Virus record (IMG/VR): IMGVR_UViG_3300010391_000058
Span: 1-64,000 of that record
From: a virus
Length of the DNA stretch: 64,000 bases
Strand: one strand, 5' to 3'
Below the pieces are notes generated by a model. The model did no database searches. It worked only from the letters and a program-made list of their open reading frames with translations, and was not told the origin of the DNA. How positions within the stretch are numbered: position 1 is the first letter of the stretch; every line of letters starts with the position of its first letter. Both the position numbers and the translations under genes were made by a program. Below are positions 55,272 to 64,000 of the stretch, in pieces.

Positions 55272-56145
55272 AATGATGGATGAGGTCGGGCTGGTAGAGA
55301 CATGGATCGGAACCAAGGTAAAGGATATGAGCCTGGAAGAGTTTACCAGGGGCCTTGCTAAGGTATTGGCTGAGGTAGTATTTATTACCGGGGGAAAGAT
55401 GTATGACAAAAATAAAGCGGATCAAAAGAAGTTCTATGATCTTCAGCTGCAGACTATCAGCAAATTTATTATCACTACTTTTAGCTTCTTTACCCTGGCT
55501 GAGATATCAAAGGCATTTTACCTGAATGCAGCCGGGAAGTTCTCAGAAATTTACTCCCATTATAACCGGGAAATAAATATTGAATTTGTCGGTAAGGTTC
55601 TGGCAGGATATAAGGAATATAAGCAGGGCCTATTCAATGTCCATGGTGAAAAGCTTTACAATGCGATCCATCCACCAAAACAACTTCCCCCGGCCAAAGT
55701 ATTAACCGATGAAGATTACCTGAATGATAAGCGCCTGATGATCGAACAGGCCTATCAGAATTTAATTACCAACCTTGATATGAACGATGAGTTATTTCCA
55801 GCATTTTTCTATGATACGCTGGAAGCTGATGGGGCCTTTCCTGTAGGTTTATATCAAAAGAAGATGAAAGAAGCAAAGGAAAGGATTGCTCATAACGAAC
55901 AGGTTAAAATCATGTATGCTCAGATGCAGGAGCATAAGGATGGAGAGAAAAGATATCATGACACGGTTCACATTTCAGCGGCTTTGGAAACAGTGCGGAG
56001 AATGGTGAAAGCCGGGAAAATCGAAGAGCTGCACCCGGTCCGGCTGGTGAGTAAGCAAATGATTGTGAAAGAGTATTTCCTTAAACTATATTCAGCTGGA
56101 AGGAAAAATATTTATGCAGTAGAGAAAGCAGAAAAGGCAGAGTGA
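55207..56145 (+). CDS. Putative helicase loader/replication accessory protein
   Basis: Follows initiator; T..EI..AF.L...G......H.......F.G.VL..Y. Confidence 0.55.
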   Translation: MENNQIAQVQKLPDRLLIYCPEMMDEVGLVETWIGTKVKDMSLEEFTRGLAKVLAEVVFITGGKMYDKNKADQKKFYDLQLQTISKFIITTFSFFTLAEISKAFYLNAAGKFSEIYSHYNREINIEFVGKVLAGYKEYKQGLFNVHGEKLYNAIHPPKQLPPAKVLTDEDYLNDKRLMIEQAYQNLITNLDMNDELFPAFFYDTLEADGAFPVGLYQKKMKEAKERIAHNEQVKIMYAQMQEHKDGEKRYHDTVHISAALETVRRMVKAGKIEELHPVRLVSKQMIVKEYFLKLYSAGRKNIYAVEKAEKAE

Positions 56146-56825
56146 TGAAAACTACTGCAAGGACAATACAGGATGCGCTGAGAAGCTATGCAACAAACCA
56201 TAAATATGTACTACAGAATAGTTATGTTTTTAATTGGGAAAGCGATTTCTTTTCAATGACAAAAACCGGGAATGTATATGAATATGAGGTCAAGATCAGC
56301 AAGGCAGATTTTAAAAAGGACTTTGATAAGCGGAAACATTATTTTTTAAGCAATTACAATACCGGCAGGATCATTGAAAAAGACACGAAGGAAAGGGATG
56401 ATTTTATACTTTGGACAGGCAATAAAGTTTGTGCAGATAATTATAATAAAAACGGCGCTGGCACAAGAAATAATTTTCCTTACTGCAAAGTAGAATGGCA
56501 TGATTCAAACAAGTTCTTTATTCCAAACAGGTTTTATTTTGTTTGTCCACAGGGACTGCTATCTAAGTACCAGGTGCCGGCTTATGCCGGGTTAATTATT
56601 GTGAGCGGCTACAGTGCCACAGAAATTAAGCGGGCCCCGATACTACACAAAAGGAACCTGTTTGATGATCATGGGCTGACAAAGATCTTGCTGGAAAAGT
56701 TTTATTATCTGTCAGAGAATATTCGGAGGGATATAAGTTTTGCTAAGCATGAATTGTGGGAGGCAAAAGAGAAAGTAAAAAACCTTACCAAGTTAATTGA
56801 AGAGAATAATATTCAACATGGATAA
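56142..56825 (+). CDS. MmcB-like PD-(D/E)XK nuclease
   Basis: WESDF......EYEVKISKADFKKD; PNRFYFVCP.GL...VP.YAGL. Confidence 0.8.
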   Translation: MMKTTARTIQDALRSYATNHKYVLQNSYVFNWESDFFSMTKTGNVYEYEVKISKADFKKDFDKRKHYFLSNYNTGRIIEKDTKERDDFILWTGNKVCADNYNKNGAGTRNNFPYCKVEWHDSNKFFIPNRFYFVCPQGLLSKYQVPAYAGLIIVSGYSATEIKRAPILHKRNLFDDHGLTKILLEKFYYLSENIRRDISFAKHELWEAKEKVKNLTKLIEENNIQHG

Positions 56826-57031
56826 GAAAAATTCATATTTCGTAAGGTATAAAATAAGAGAGCATGAGCACATGACTGCCTTCGATTTAATAATCAAGCC
56901 GGGAACATGTGCAACATATATTATGAATCCATTGATGATAGATAAAATACTTGAAATATCAATAAAAGGAATAGAAAGAAAAGAGGTACAATTTTTATCA
57001 ATATGCTTACTGAATTCGGAAAAGATATAAA

Positions 57032-57451
57032 ATGGAAAGGATAACAGAAAAGCAGCTGGAGCGGTTGCTGAGATCAGGGAAGATCAAGGGATATGTTGTA
57101 AACAACCATGGTAAAGGGAAAAATTTAGGTAAAAATAAGTATGGTGCCAGGAAGGTAATTATTGACGGTAATGTTTTCGATAGTAAAAAGGAGGGGAACC
57201 GGTATTTTGAATTGAAGATCAGAAAGTGTGCAGGTGAAATAAAAGGGCTGAGATTACAGGTAGAATATACGTTTGAAGTTGAGAGACATAAGATAGCATC
57301 TTATTTTGCTGATTTTGTTTATACCGTAGTCAGGTCCGGAGAAACGATCGTAGAGGATGTAAAGAGTTCAGCTACCAGGAAGCTGCCGGTGTTTAGGTTA
57401 AAAAAGAAGCTTATGATGGCGCTGCATGGTATCGAAATAAAAGAAGTATGA
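57032..57451 (+). CDS. DUF1064 PD-(D/E)XK nuclease (putative resolvase)
   Basis: NKYGARK..IDG..FDSKKE..RY, L.LQV, Y.ADFVY, VEDVK. Confidence 0.92.
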   Translation: MERITEKQLERLLRSGKIKGYVVNNHGKGKNLGKNKYGARKVIIDGNVFDSKKEGNRYFELKIRKCAGEIKGLRLQVEYTFEVERHKIASYFADFVYTVVRSGETIVEDVKSSATRKLPVFRLKKKLMMALHGIEIKEV

Positions 57452-57681
57452 GGATCACCCAGGATGGACATACAGTATTGAACAGCGATCAGGTGTATGA
57501 AATCCTTTGGGCATATTGTAATGATGAGATATCAGAGGCCTTTCCGCATAAGACAAAAGTTGTTGATGTACCCGAAGAGTGGAGAATATGGAAGGCAGAA
57601 TTAAGGTGTCGGGGTGAGTGTTGGAGGTTGAATAAAGCAAACAGGGAAAGAGTTGATCAAATGATAAATAATAACCGATGA
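57448..57681 (+). CDS. Hypothetical protein
   Basis: ATGA overlap. Confidence 0.5.
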   Translation: MRITQDGHTVLNSDQVYEILWAYCNDEISEAFPHKTKVVDVPEEWRIWKAELRCRGECWRLNKANRERVDQMINNNR

Positions 57682-57927
57682 ATGAGCAAACCGTTTGATA
57701 TAGCTTGGAAAAATCCGGATGAACCGATTAAATCAGATGGAAGAGATAAGGTAAAGTGCGGTGTTTGCGAAAAAGAAGGATTGCCATTTGGTGATTGGGG
57801 GTATTCAGAACTTGTAATTAGACCTGGGGAGATTTCAGGGTATGAGTATCAATTTTGGACTTGTTCAAAGGAGTGTGAAAGGAAGTCAAAGCCATTTAAG
57901 GATAAAAAAATAAAAGAACTTACATGA
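57682..57927 (+). CDS. Zn-finger hypothetical protein
   Basis: CGVC...CSKEC. Confidence 0.55.
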   Translation: MSKPFDIAWKNPDEPIKSDGRDKVKCGVCEKEGLPFGDWGYSELVIRPGEISGYEYQFWTCSKECERKSKPFKDKKIKELT

Positions 57928-58703
57928 AAGAGCATCCAATTTTGTTCAGTACCGATATGGTCAAAGCCATATTAGAGGATCGGAAAACAATGACAAGGCG
58001 AATAGTAAACCCTCAGCCTGTATTTGATGAGGACAGCGGAAGGGTATTCAGTGGTCATGTGCCGGCCAAAAGAAGCCCCTTTGATATACACAATTGGAAG
58101 GAACCGTTTGCAGAATTCTTTTCAAAAACGAAGCCAGGGGATGCTATGTGGGTAAGGGAAACATGGAGCCCAACTATAAACATTCCAGAAACAAAGAATT
58201 GGTATAAAGCCTCTGCAGATGAAGTGGCAGCAATGATGATAACATGGAAGCCCTCTATTTTTATGCTAAAAGAAGATGCACGGATATGGCTAGAGGCAAT
58301 AAGTGAGAAAGTTGAACGGATAGCAGAGATCAGTGATGAGGATTGCATTAGAGAGGGGATTTTATTTTATGATGATGATATCCTGGAGGAAAGAAGATAC
58401 AAAGACTATTTTAATACCCCTGAAGGATTTGGGCATCCCGACTTTGATTACTTATCATTTGATAATCCAAGAGAATTTTTCAGATCGTTGTGGCAAAAGA
58501 TAAATGGAAAGCCAAAGCCAGTTCAGAAAAAGGTTAATGGAAAACTAAAAACGGTTGGTTATATAGTATATCCATTTGATGCTGAGGCTGGAAAAGAATT
58601 CAAAGGTAAAAAAACATGGAGAGGAAAGCCGCTAACAGTAGTTATTAATCCAGTGGTAAGGATCATTGAGTTCAATACGCTCAGCAAAACCGGTAAGCCA
58701 TGA
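57924..58703 (+). CDS. ASCH/PUA-like domain protein
   Basis: PILFSTDMVKAILE.RKTMTRR, GD..WVRETW, WKPSI.M, VERI..IS.ED...EG. Confidence 0.85.
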   Translation: MKEHPILFSTDMVKAILEDRKTMTRRIVNPQPVFDEDSGRVFSGHVPAKRSPFDIHNWKEPFAEFFSKTKPGDAMWVRETWSPTINIPETKNWYKASADEVAAMMITWKPSIFMLKEDARIWLEAISEKVERIAEISDEDCIREGILFYDDDILEERRYKDYFNTPEGFGHPDFDYLSFDNPREFFRSLWQKINGKPKPVQKKVNGKLKTVGYIVYPFDAEAGKEFKGKKTWRGKPLTVVINPVVRIIEFNTLSKTGKP

Positions 58704-59041
58704 AAGCGCCAATAGTAAAAGTAATCCGTGCCTGGAGTTGTTTTCTTAATTACAAGAGAACAGAAAGCCAGATTGATGTACCGGAGCATAAAGCTTTTCC
58801 GGATCAAAAGACTTACCACTCTGGCGAAGGGTATTATTGGGGCAAAACAAGATGTGTAAAGATCTATGCTTTTGGCCCTTACAATACCAGGAAGCATTAT
58901 ACAACCAGGCTGGAGGTCCGGATAGATGGCAAGGAATATGAAAGGACTTATTTGCGTGTGTTTACTGATCGGGGCCTATGCCTTATTTGTTCCCGGTTAA
59001 TTCGTGATGCAGAAAAACTTCATAGGAGGCGGCGCTCATGA
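58700..59041 (+). CDS. Hypothetical protein
   Basis: 113 aa. Confidence 0.5.
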   Translation: MKAPIVKVIRAWSCFLNYKRTESQIDVPEHKAFPDQKTYHSGEGYYWGKTRCVKIYAFGPYNTRKHYTTRLEVRIDGKEYERTYLRVFTDRGLCLICSRLIRDAEKLHRRRRS

Positions 59042-59439
59042 TCACTGCAGATGGATATAGCAAAGAGCCAAAGGAGAATGCTGAAGGTATTGTGGTTACA
59101 TTCGGAAAGGAAATGATGATTGAACAGGGAGGGGCCAAACAGTTCCTGAAAGATTTTCTGGAATGTATGGCCGATGAAAACGCCTGGTGGATGCATAAGA
59201 TGAAAAACAGGCCAACAGTAGAAGTGGCAACGGTTTACATTATCGCATTGAACCGGTTATATGGCAAGGTAAATTTCGGCTGGTTTGAAAACGGTATAAC
59301 CACCGGAGGCACGGCAGATGGAGGGGAAAAAGAATTTGATTGGGCCCGGATGTGTTTGGTTGGCCCGTTTATCAGGTGTCCTTTTAAAAGAACGCTGAGG
59401 GGCTTCCAGGGATTTCGTTATGCAACTAAATTGTTTTGA
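59038..59439 (+). CDS. ASCH/PUA-like hypothetical protein
   Basis: C-terminal RGFQGFRY. Confidence 0.65.
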   Translation: MITADGYSKEPKENAEGIVVTFGKEMMIEQGGAKQFLKDFLECMADENAWWMHKMKNRPTVEVATVYIIALNRLYGKVNFGWFENGITTGGTADGGEKEFDWARMCLVGPFIRCPFKRTLRGFQGFRYATKLF

Positions 59440-59461
59440 GATAAGTTAAAAATAAAATCAA

Positions 59462-61153
59462 ATGAGTAACATTAAATTAGGGTATGAAATACCCACTGCT
59501 AAACCCGTGTATGTAAGTCCTTCGCATCTTATTGTTACAGGCATTACACAGCTATCCGGGAAAACAACTACATTGGAAGCCCTGTTATTGCGAAGCCCTT
59601 TTAAATCCATTGTGTTCAAAACAAAGGTTGGTGAGAAAAGTTTTTCTGAAGGCACTACAGTGGCACCGTTTTTCCGTGACCGGTCAGATTATGAATTTGT
59701 AAGATCTTTGATCGAAGCCTATGCCAAAGAGAAAATGACAATTGAAAAAGGCACCCTTATGTCTCTTTGCAAGGGATCGAAAAATCTTATTGAGATCAAA
59801 AAGAGGGTTGATGATGAACTGACTGAAGGTAAAATCCGGGGAATAATTTTAGAGATATATACCCGCCTTCAGCACTACCTGGAGAACCTTATACCACAAA
59901 TCCAATATGCAAATTTTTCCAGCACACTAAACATAGTGGATGGAATTAACATCATGAACCTGGAGAGGTTTTCTGAAGAGGCCCAAAGCTTAATTATTCA
60001 ATCGGTTGCCGATGAAGTGCTGAAACACCAGCATGATATCGTTATTGTAATCCCGGAGGCATGGAAGTTCCTGCCGCAGAAATATAACAACCCATGTAAA
60101 AGAGTTGTTGAAAGTTATATCCGGCAGGGAGCGGCCAATAATAATTTTATTTGGCTGGACAGTCAGGACATGGCCGGAGTAGATAAAATTCCTTTGAAAC
60201 AGATCAGCACATGGATATTGGGATACCAGGCAGAAAGGAATGAGGTTAAACATACGCTTGATCAAATTTCATTGCCCAAAGCATCGAAGCCAAAGGAAGA
60301 TGATATCATGGGTTTGGGGATCGGGCAATTTTTCCTTTCAGATCGGGAAGGGGTTGTAAAGGTATATGTACAGCCCGATTGGATTCATGATGATCTGGCT
60401 ATTGAGGTTGCAAAAGGGCTTGTTGATTCGGCTGAAGTAGCATTAAAAAAGCCTCTGCAAAAAATAAATATTCCGGTAAGAAATGAGGCGGTAAAACCAG
60501 GGGCGGCTGAAGCTGGCTATGCTACCAAAAAAGAGTTGACACAAATAAGGATTGATTTCTTTAATAAGATTCAGAACCTTACTGAGGATGTAAATAACGC
60601 AATCAACAATTATATCAACTCTAATAACCAAGAACCAGTTGACTATGATCATGTAGTAGGCCTTGTACTTCAAAAAATACCGGCAAGATCAGCTGATACC
60701 TCAGCACCGGTTGATATCAATGCTATTGTAACACAGGTGTTATCCAAGATACCGGCATCTCAGGGCAATGTAACATACACGGTGGCCCCGCTGGAGAAGA
60801 TCAAGAAAGATTTTTTGAATGAGGCGAAGGGTAAAATAATATCAACCATAACCGGGTTTGATGAGCAGCAAAGAAAGATTTTGAAATGGATTGAACAGAA
60901 CGGAAAGAATACAACCAAGGCCCAGGTATTTGAAAATTGCTTTGGCAAGGCTTCCACTTCAGGGGGTACATATCAAGCCCTGGTTAAAAAGGTAACGGAT
61001 ATGAAGGGCGCTGAGATGATCAGGGTTGATACAGCTCAGCGGATATTCCCGAACCTTAAAGACAGGATCAGGGAAATGATAGGGCAGTATGAAGCCACGG
61101 AGCCGGAAATAAATAACCTGTACAACCACATTTTAATGGAGCTGCTGAAATAA
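59462..61153 (+). CDS. HerA/DUF87-like P-loop ATPase with C-terminal extension
   Basis: HLIVTGITQLSGKTT (Walker A), IVIPEAWKFLPQ (Walker B variant), IRQG, DSQ, G.G.F. Confidence 0.75.
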   Translation: MSNIKLGYEIPTAKPVYVSPSHLIVTGITQLSGKTTTLEALLLRSPFKSIVFKTKVGEKSFSEGTTVAPFFRDRSDYEFVRSLIEAYAKEKMTIEKGTLMSLCKGSKNLIEIKKRVDDELTEGKIRGIILEIYTRLQHYLENLIPQIQYANFSSTLNIVDGINIMNLERFSEEAQSLIIQSVADEVLKHQHDIVIVIPEAWKFLPQKYNNPCKRVVESYIRQGAANNNFIWLDSQDMAGVDKIPLKQISTWILGYQAERNEVKHTLDQISLPKASKPKEDDIMGLGIGQFFLSDREGVVKVYVQPDWIHDDLAIEVAKGLVDSAEVALKKPLQKINIPVRNEAVKPGAAEAGYATKKELTQIRIDFFNKIQNLTEDVNNAINNYINSNNQEPVDYDHVVGLVLQKIPARSADTSAPVDINAIVTQVLSKIPASQGNVTYTVAPLEKIKKDFLNEAKGKIISTITGFDEQQRKILKWIEQNGKNTTKAQVFENCFGKASTSGGTYQALVKKVTDMKGAEMIRVDTAQRIFPNLKDRIREMIGQYEATEPEINNLYNHILMELLK

Positions 61154-61327
61154 GTGGGGTAAAAATGCACGACTTTTTTCAAACTGAACTTTCGATGCTT
61201 GACACCTACATGTTATTGATTGTAAGAATGATGTAAAAGAATTTGGAATGTCAAGTGGAATATCAAAACAAAAGTGGTGTAAGAATACAGGAGAAAAAAA
61301 CAAACTGACCAAAATGCTTGACCAGAG

Positions 61328-61531
61328 ATGAGCGCAGAAACAAAAGAGATAGTATTAATAGCGGATCGGAGTTGTAAGACATGTATCAAGAACGAAGTGT
61401 GCAGGCATTATTTCGATCTTCATAAATTAATAGGTGAAATGCCACAGCACGGAGCCCCGCATAAAACAGATATCTTATATGACTGTTTAGCAAATTCATG
61501 TTTGTTATTCCAAAAAAAGAAAACAAAATAA
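61328..61531 (+). CDS. Cys-rich hypothetical protein
   Basis: C.TC....VC...LA..C. Confidence 0.55.
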   Translation: MSAETKEIVLIADRSCKTCIKNEVCRHYFDLHKLIGEMPQHGAPHKTDILYDCLANSCLLFQKKKTK

Positions 61532-61538
61532 GTTCTAT

Positions 61539-61847
61539 ATGCTACTACAATTAGAAATGGATATTGATAAGGCAGATCAGCATTTCCAACATGCCCCGCA
61601 ATCTGTTATTGATGCTCATTTAAAAGAAAGGTGGACTAAGGAGTTTACAAAAGCAGTTTTCCCGATGGCCCCCTTTGCGCTTGTAAAAGGGGCACCGGGC
61701 AATGTTACCAGGTATCGAAGCGGTATATGTATTTTGGCTGAATCTCAGTTAAACCATACCTTAGACATGCTGAAGATATTGAAGGGGGTAAGTCCTGAGA
61801 GAGACAATATCATTGATGCGATCCGGGAAGAGCTTTTAAACCGATGA
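61539..61847 (+). CDS. Hypothetical protein
   Basis: 102 aa. Confidence 0.5.
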   Translation: MLLQLEMDIDKADQHFQHAPQSVIDAHLKERWTKEFTKAVFPMAPFALVKGAPGNVTRYRSGICILAESQLNHTLDMLKILKGVSPERDNIIDAIREELLNR

Positions 61848-61848
61848 A

Positions 61849-62124
61849 ATGACAGCTGAACAAAAATATTCGAAAGCAATTGCAATAGCTGAATCGGTTA
61901 CTGAGACGGCCACGGGGATTGTTCGTGAATTAAAGAAGCTACCGAAAGGGAAGCATAAGCGGAATGTATTTATAAAAACATACAATAGAAGGCCTGGCAA
62001 TAAAAGGAAGCGGGCAATTGTTATGATGAATTCAAGCATGTCGGCAATGATGGGAGCTATGCAGGTGGCAATGATCATGCAGACACCAATACCCAAATTA
62101 AAACCTGGAGGAATTGCGATATGA
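61849..62124 (+). CDS. Hypothetical protein with tape-measure-like C-terminal motif
   Basis: GAMQVAMIMQTPIPKLKPGG resembles TMP GAAELAVAISTPIPSYAEG. Confidence 0.55.
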   Translation: MTAEQKYSKAIAIAESVTETATGIVRELKKLPKGKHKRNVFIKTYNRRPGNKRKRAIVMMNSSMSAMMGAMQVAMIMQTPIPKLKPGGIAI

Positions 62125-62228
62125 AGGTTAAAAGCAAATGGTATTGGCATGGGTTATTCATCTTACTGATCCTTTGCTTAACATTTTTTGTTTTACTATT
62201 AACTGGAGCACTAAAATAAACTTTATAT

Positions 62229-62852
62229 ATGAGTGAAGAGACTAATCAACCAGCTGCAACAGCCCTGGCACCGATTACATGGGAGCCAAAAAAAGTGTAT
62301 GTAAAGGATTTGAAAGAAAATCCACAGAACCCCAAAATAATTACTGAAGCAGGTAGGCGGCGCTTGCATTTGTCTTTGGATAAATTCGGGTTGGCCGGCA
62401 CCATGTCAGTGAATGATGATCTTACAATTATAGACGGTCATAGCCGAAAATCAGAATTGGAAATGAGGGGTATTGAAGAGGTTTGGGTATCAGTTCCATC
62501 CAGGCCGTTGACAGATGAAGAGTATAAAGAAATGAATGCAATGTTTGATCATGCCAGGGCCGGAGAAGTAGATAAATTCATGACTGAAAACCTTTTCAGG
62601 GATGAAATGCTGATTGAATGGGATTTGAAGAGCCCAAAAAAAGAGGCTGGAGAAAAAGGGTTGTTCCCGATTGTGCCGAAGTTCGATGAAAAGCATGATG
62701 CATTCGTTATAATCTGTCAAACGGAAAGTGAGATATCTTTTATTCAGAATGCATTGATGCTGGAAGAGAATAGCAGCTACAAAAATAAAAACACCGGTAT
62801 CACATTTGTAACCACTGGAAAAAACTTTATTAAGGTATGGCAATCGAAATAA
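62229..62852 (+). CDS. ParB/Srx N-terminal domain protein
   Basis: L.ENPQNPK.I....L..SL.KFG......IIDGHSR; C-terminal PIVPKFDEK. Confidence 0.85.
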   Translation: MSEETNQPAATALAPITWEPKKVYVKDLKENPQNPKIITEAGRRRLHLSLDKFGLAGTMSVNDDLTIIDGHSRKSELEMRGIEEVWVSVPSRPLTDEEYKEMNAMFDHARAGEVDKFMTENLFRDEMLIEWDLKSPKKEAGEKGLFPIVPKFDEKHDAFVIICQTESEISFIQNALMLEENSSYKNKNTGITFVTTGKNFIKVWQSK

Positions 62853-63565
62853 AGGTGGTGATCCCTTCAGCTGGAAGGCCCCATAGACAGAGCACAATAA
62901 AACATGTAGCCAATGCAATCATTTGTGTTCCGGAAAAGCAAAAGGCGCTGTATGAAGAGCGGAATAAGGATAATGAGATTGTGGCCCACCCGGACAGCAT
63001 TCTTGGTTTGGGGCCTAAAAGGAATTGGATCTATGAGAAGTTTGGAAACGTGTTTATGATAGATGATGATACCCATGGTTTGCAGCGGCTATATGAAACC
63101 AGGGTAACGATCTGCAGCCCTGAGCAGGCTTATGATATCATTCAGAGCCTTGGCAACCTGGCAAAGATATCCGGCAATTATTTATATGGCTTTTCGAAGT
63201 ATGCAAACACCCTCCAATATACAGGCCTGAAGCCATTTGCGTTGACCGGTTACATCAATGGAGTTGGTATTGGGTTGATCGAAAAGAGCCTGTTGAAGTT
63301 TTCAGATAAAATAACATGCAACAACGATGTTTTCATTTCATGTTTGAATGCTCACTATTACCATACATGCTTTATTGATACCAGGTTTTCATTTAAACAG
63401 GATGGAGTGAATAAGGGTGTTGGTGGTATGTCGTTGATCAGGAACCCGGAAACTGATAAAAATGATATTGAATTTTTAAAAAAGTCATTTGGCAGTGTGC
63501 TAAAGTTTAAGCAGCGGGCAGGATCAGCGAAGCAATGGAACATAATGTTGAAACTTCCTTTTTAA
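62837..63565 (+). CDS. GT-A glycosyltransferase (TET-associated/GREB1-like)
   Basis: IPS.GR, KRNWI, VFMIDDD (DxD), DV...C, N.G.GG...R. Confidence 0.8.
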   Translation: MAIEIKVVIPSAGRPHRQSTIKHVANAIICVPEKQKALYEERNKDNEIVAHPDSILGLGPKRNWIYEKFGNVFMIDDDTHGLQRLYETRVTICSPEQAYDIIQSLGNLAKISGNYLYGFSKYANTLQYTGLKPFALTGYINGVGIGLIEKSLLKFSDKITCNNDVFISCLNAHYYHTCFIDTRFSFKQDGVNKGVGGMSLIRNPETDKNDIEFLKKSFGSVLKFKQRAGSAKQWNIMLKLPF

Positions 63566-63749
63566 GGGCTGCACTCAGCAATTGTGCTAAAATCTGATGC
63601 AAGAAATGTGGCTTCCTTGGACGATCAGGCAATTTTCAGCATTACCTACACAAAAGAAAGTGCTTGCTAGAATTGAAGCTAATGGCCTCCCAGGTCATTT
63701 TTGGGGGTTTAGGGCCCCCGGAACCGGTCAAAATATGACTTCCCCCGGC

Positions 63750-63790
63750 AATTGATTCATTTTCAGGGCCTCATAATTGATTCATTTTCA
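63750..63790 (+). repeat. Two 16-bp direct repeats AATTGATTCATTTTCA
   Basis: 63750-63765 and 63775-63790. Confidence 0.85.
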
Positions 63791-63842
63791 ATAAAGAATT
63801 TACTATAATTTATTGATTTACAATAGTATTGGATCAATCAGG

Positions 63843-63905
63843 TTGCTATATTTGATTTATCAAAGAGGGATAAAGACCCCGATTTTTAAACTTAAAAACT
63901 CCGCA
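63843..63905 (+). promoter_or_regulatory. Promoter TTGCTATATTTG plus hairpin and AAAAACTCCGCA leader
   Basis: Same 12-mer and layout as 31664. Confidence 0.65.
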
Positions 63906-63908
63906 ATC

Positions 63909-64000
63909 ATGTCAACGAAAATCATTTTAAAAAAAGAGTGGACTTCAAAAGTAACTTTGTCAAATAGCCAGGTGCTAGTTGTAAAATGGGTTGCTGCCCT
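63909..64000 (+). CDS. 5' part of a hypothetical gene (MSTKIILKKEW...)
   Basis: ATG 3 nt after leader motif; runs off the window. Confidence 0.55.
   Translation, partial: MSTKIILKKEWTSKVTLSNSQVLVVKWVAA

Noticed and set aside
4476-63543. Numerous minus-strand ORFs in the track (e.g. 12496-13293, 16179-16658, 23933-24184)
   Set aside because: These are antisense shadows of well-supported + strand genes with no recognisable motifs.
1-64000. Genome-wide TAG stop-codon reassignment (as in some crAss-like phages)
   Set aside because: Long genes are intact in the standard code and several genes end cleanly at TAG (7233, 27434, 27980, 44323, 49486). Only one internal TAG was seen.
1-64000. Integrase/att sites, terminase, portal
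   Set aside because: No matching motifs were recognised; they presumably lie outside the window, so prophage status is inferred only.

Overview
This window is a 64-kb slice of a temperate-type siphovirus-like phage or prophage of a Bacteroidota host. The host call rests on TAnnTTTG -7 boxes, signal peptides cleaved before Gln and no obvious Shine-Dalgarno sites. Nearly all phage genes are on the + strand. From left to right it contains: (1) a complete 3,966-bp cargo-carrying IS1595-family element (276-4241; perfect 26-bp terminal inverted repeats, 8-bp target duplication) that splits a small phage gene; (2) a head and tail module with ClpP-type protease/scaffold, major capsid, tail tube, tape measure and tail/fibre proteins, two of which carry Sec signal peptides, and the fibre-like one also has a metallophosphoesterase domain; (3) a membrane-protein-rich lysis region with a GH108-like endolysin and an HNH-AP2 endonuclease; (4) a run of small promoter-gene-terminator cassettes (about 28-31 kb); and (5) a long early/middle region with three DNA methyltransferases, a PAPS-reductase-family enzyme, HTH regulators, ERF recombinase, SNF2 helicase, DUF5131 radical SAM, replication initiator, a HerA-like ATPase, and a ParB-like plus glycosyltransferase pair. 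No terminase, portal or integrase is recognisable in the window. The most notable unannotated signals are: a 44-aa membrane peptide and its 121-aa beta-rich neighbour sharing an identical C-terminal KINIVAD despite diverged codons (candidate donor-strand filament system); a boxA-punctuated array of structured RNAs at 40.39-40.93 kb; a kissing-loop attenuator ahead of the replication genes; and an AAAACTTCGCA motif 2-3 nt before six start codons. All family assignments come from reading motifs by eye, not from database searches.
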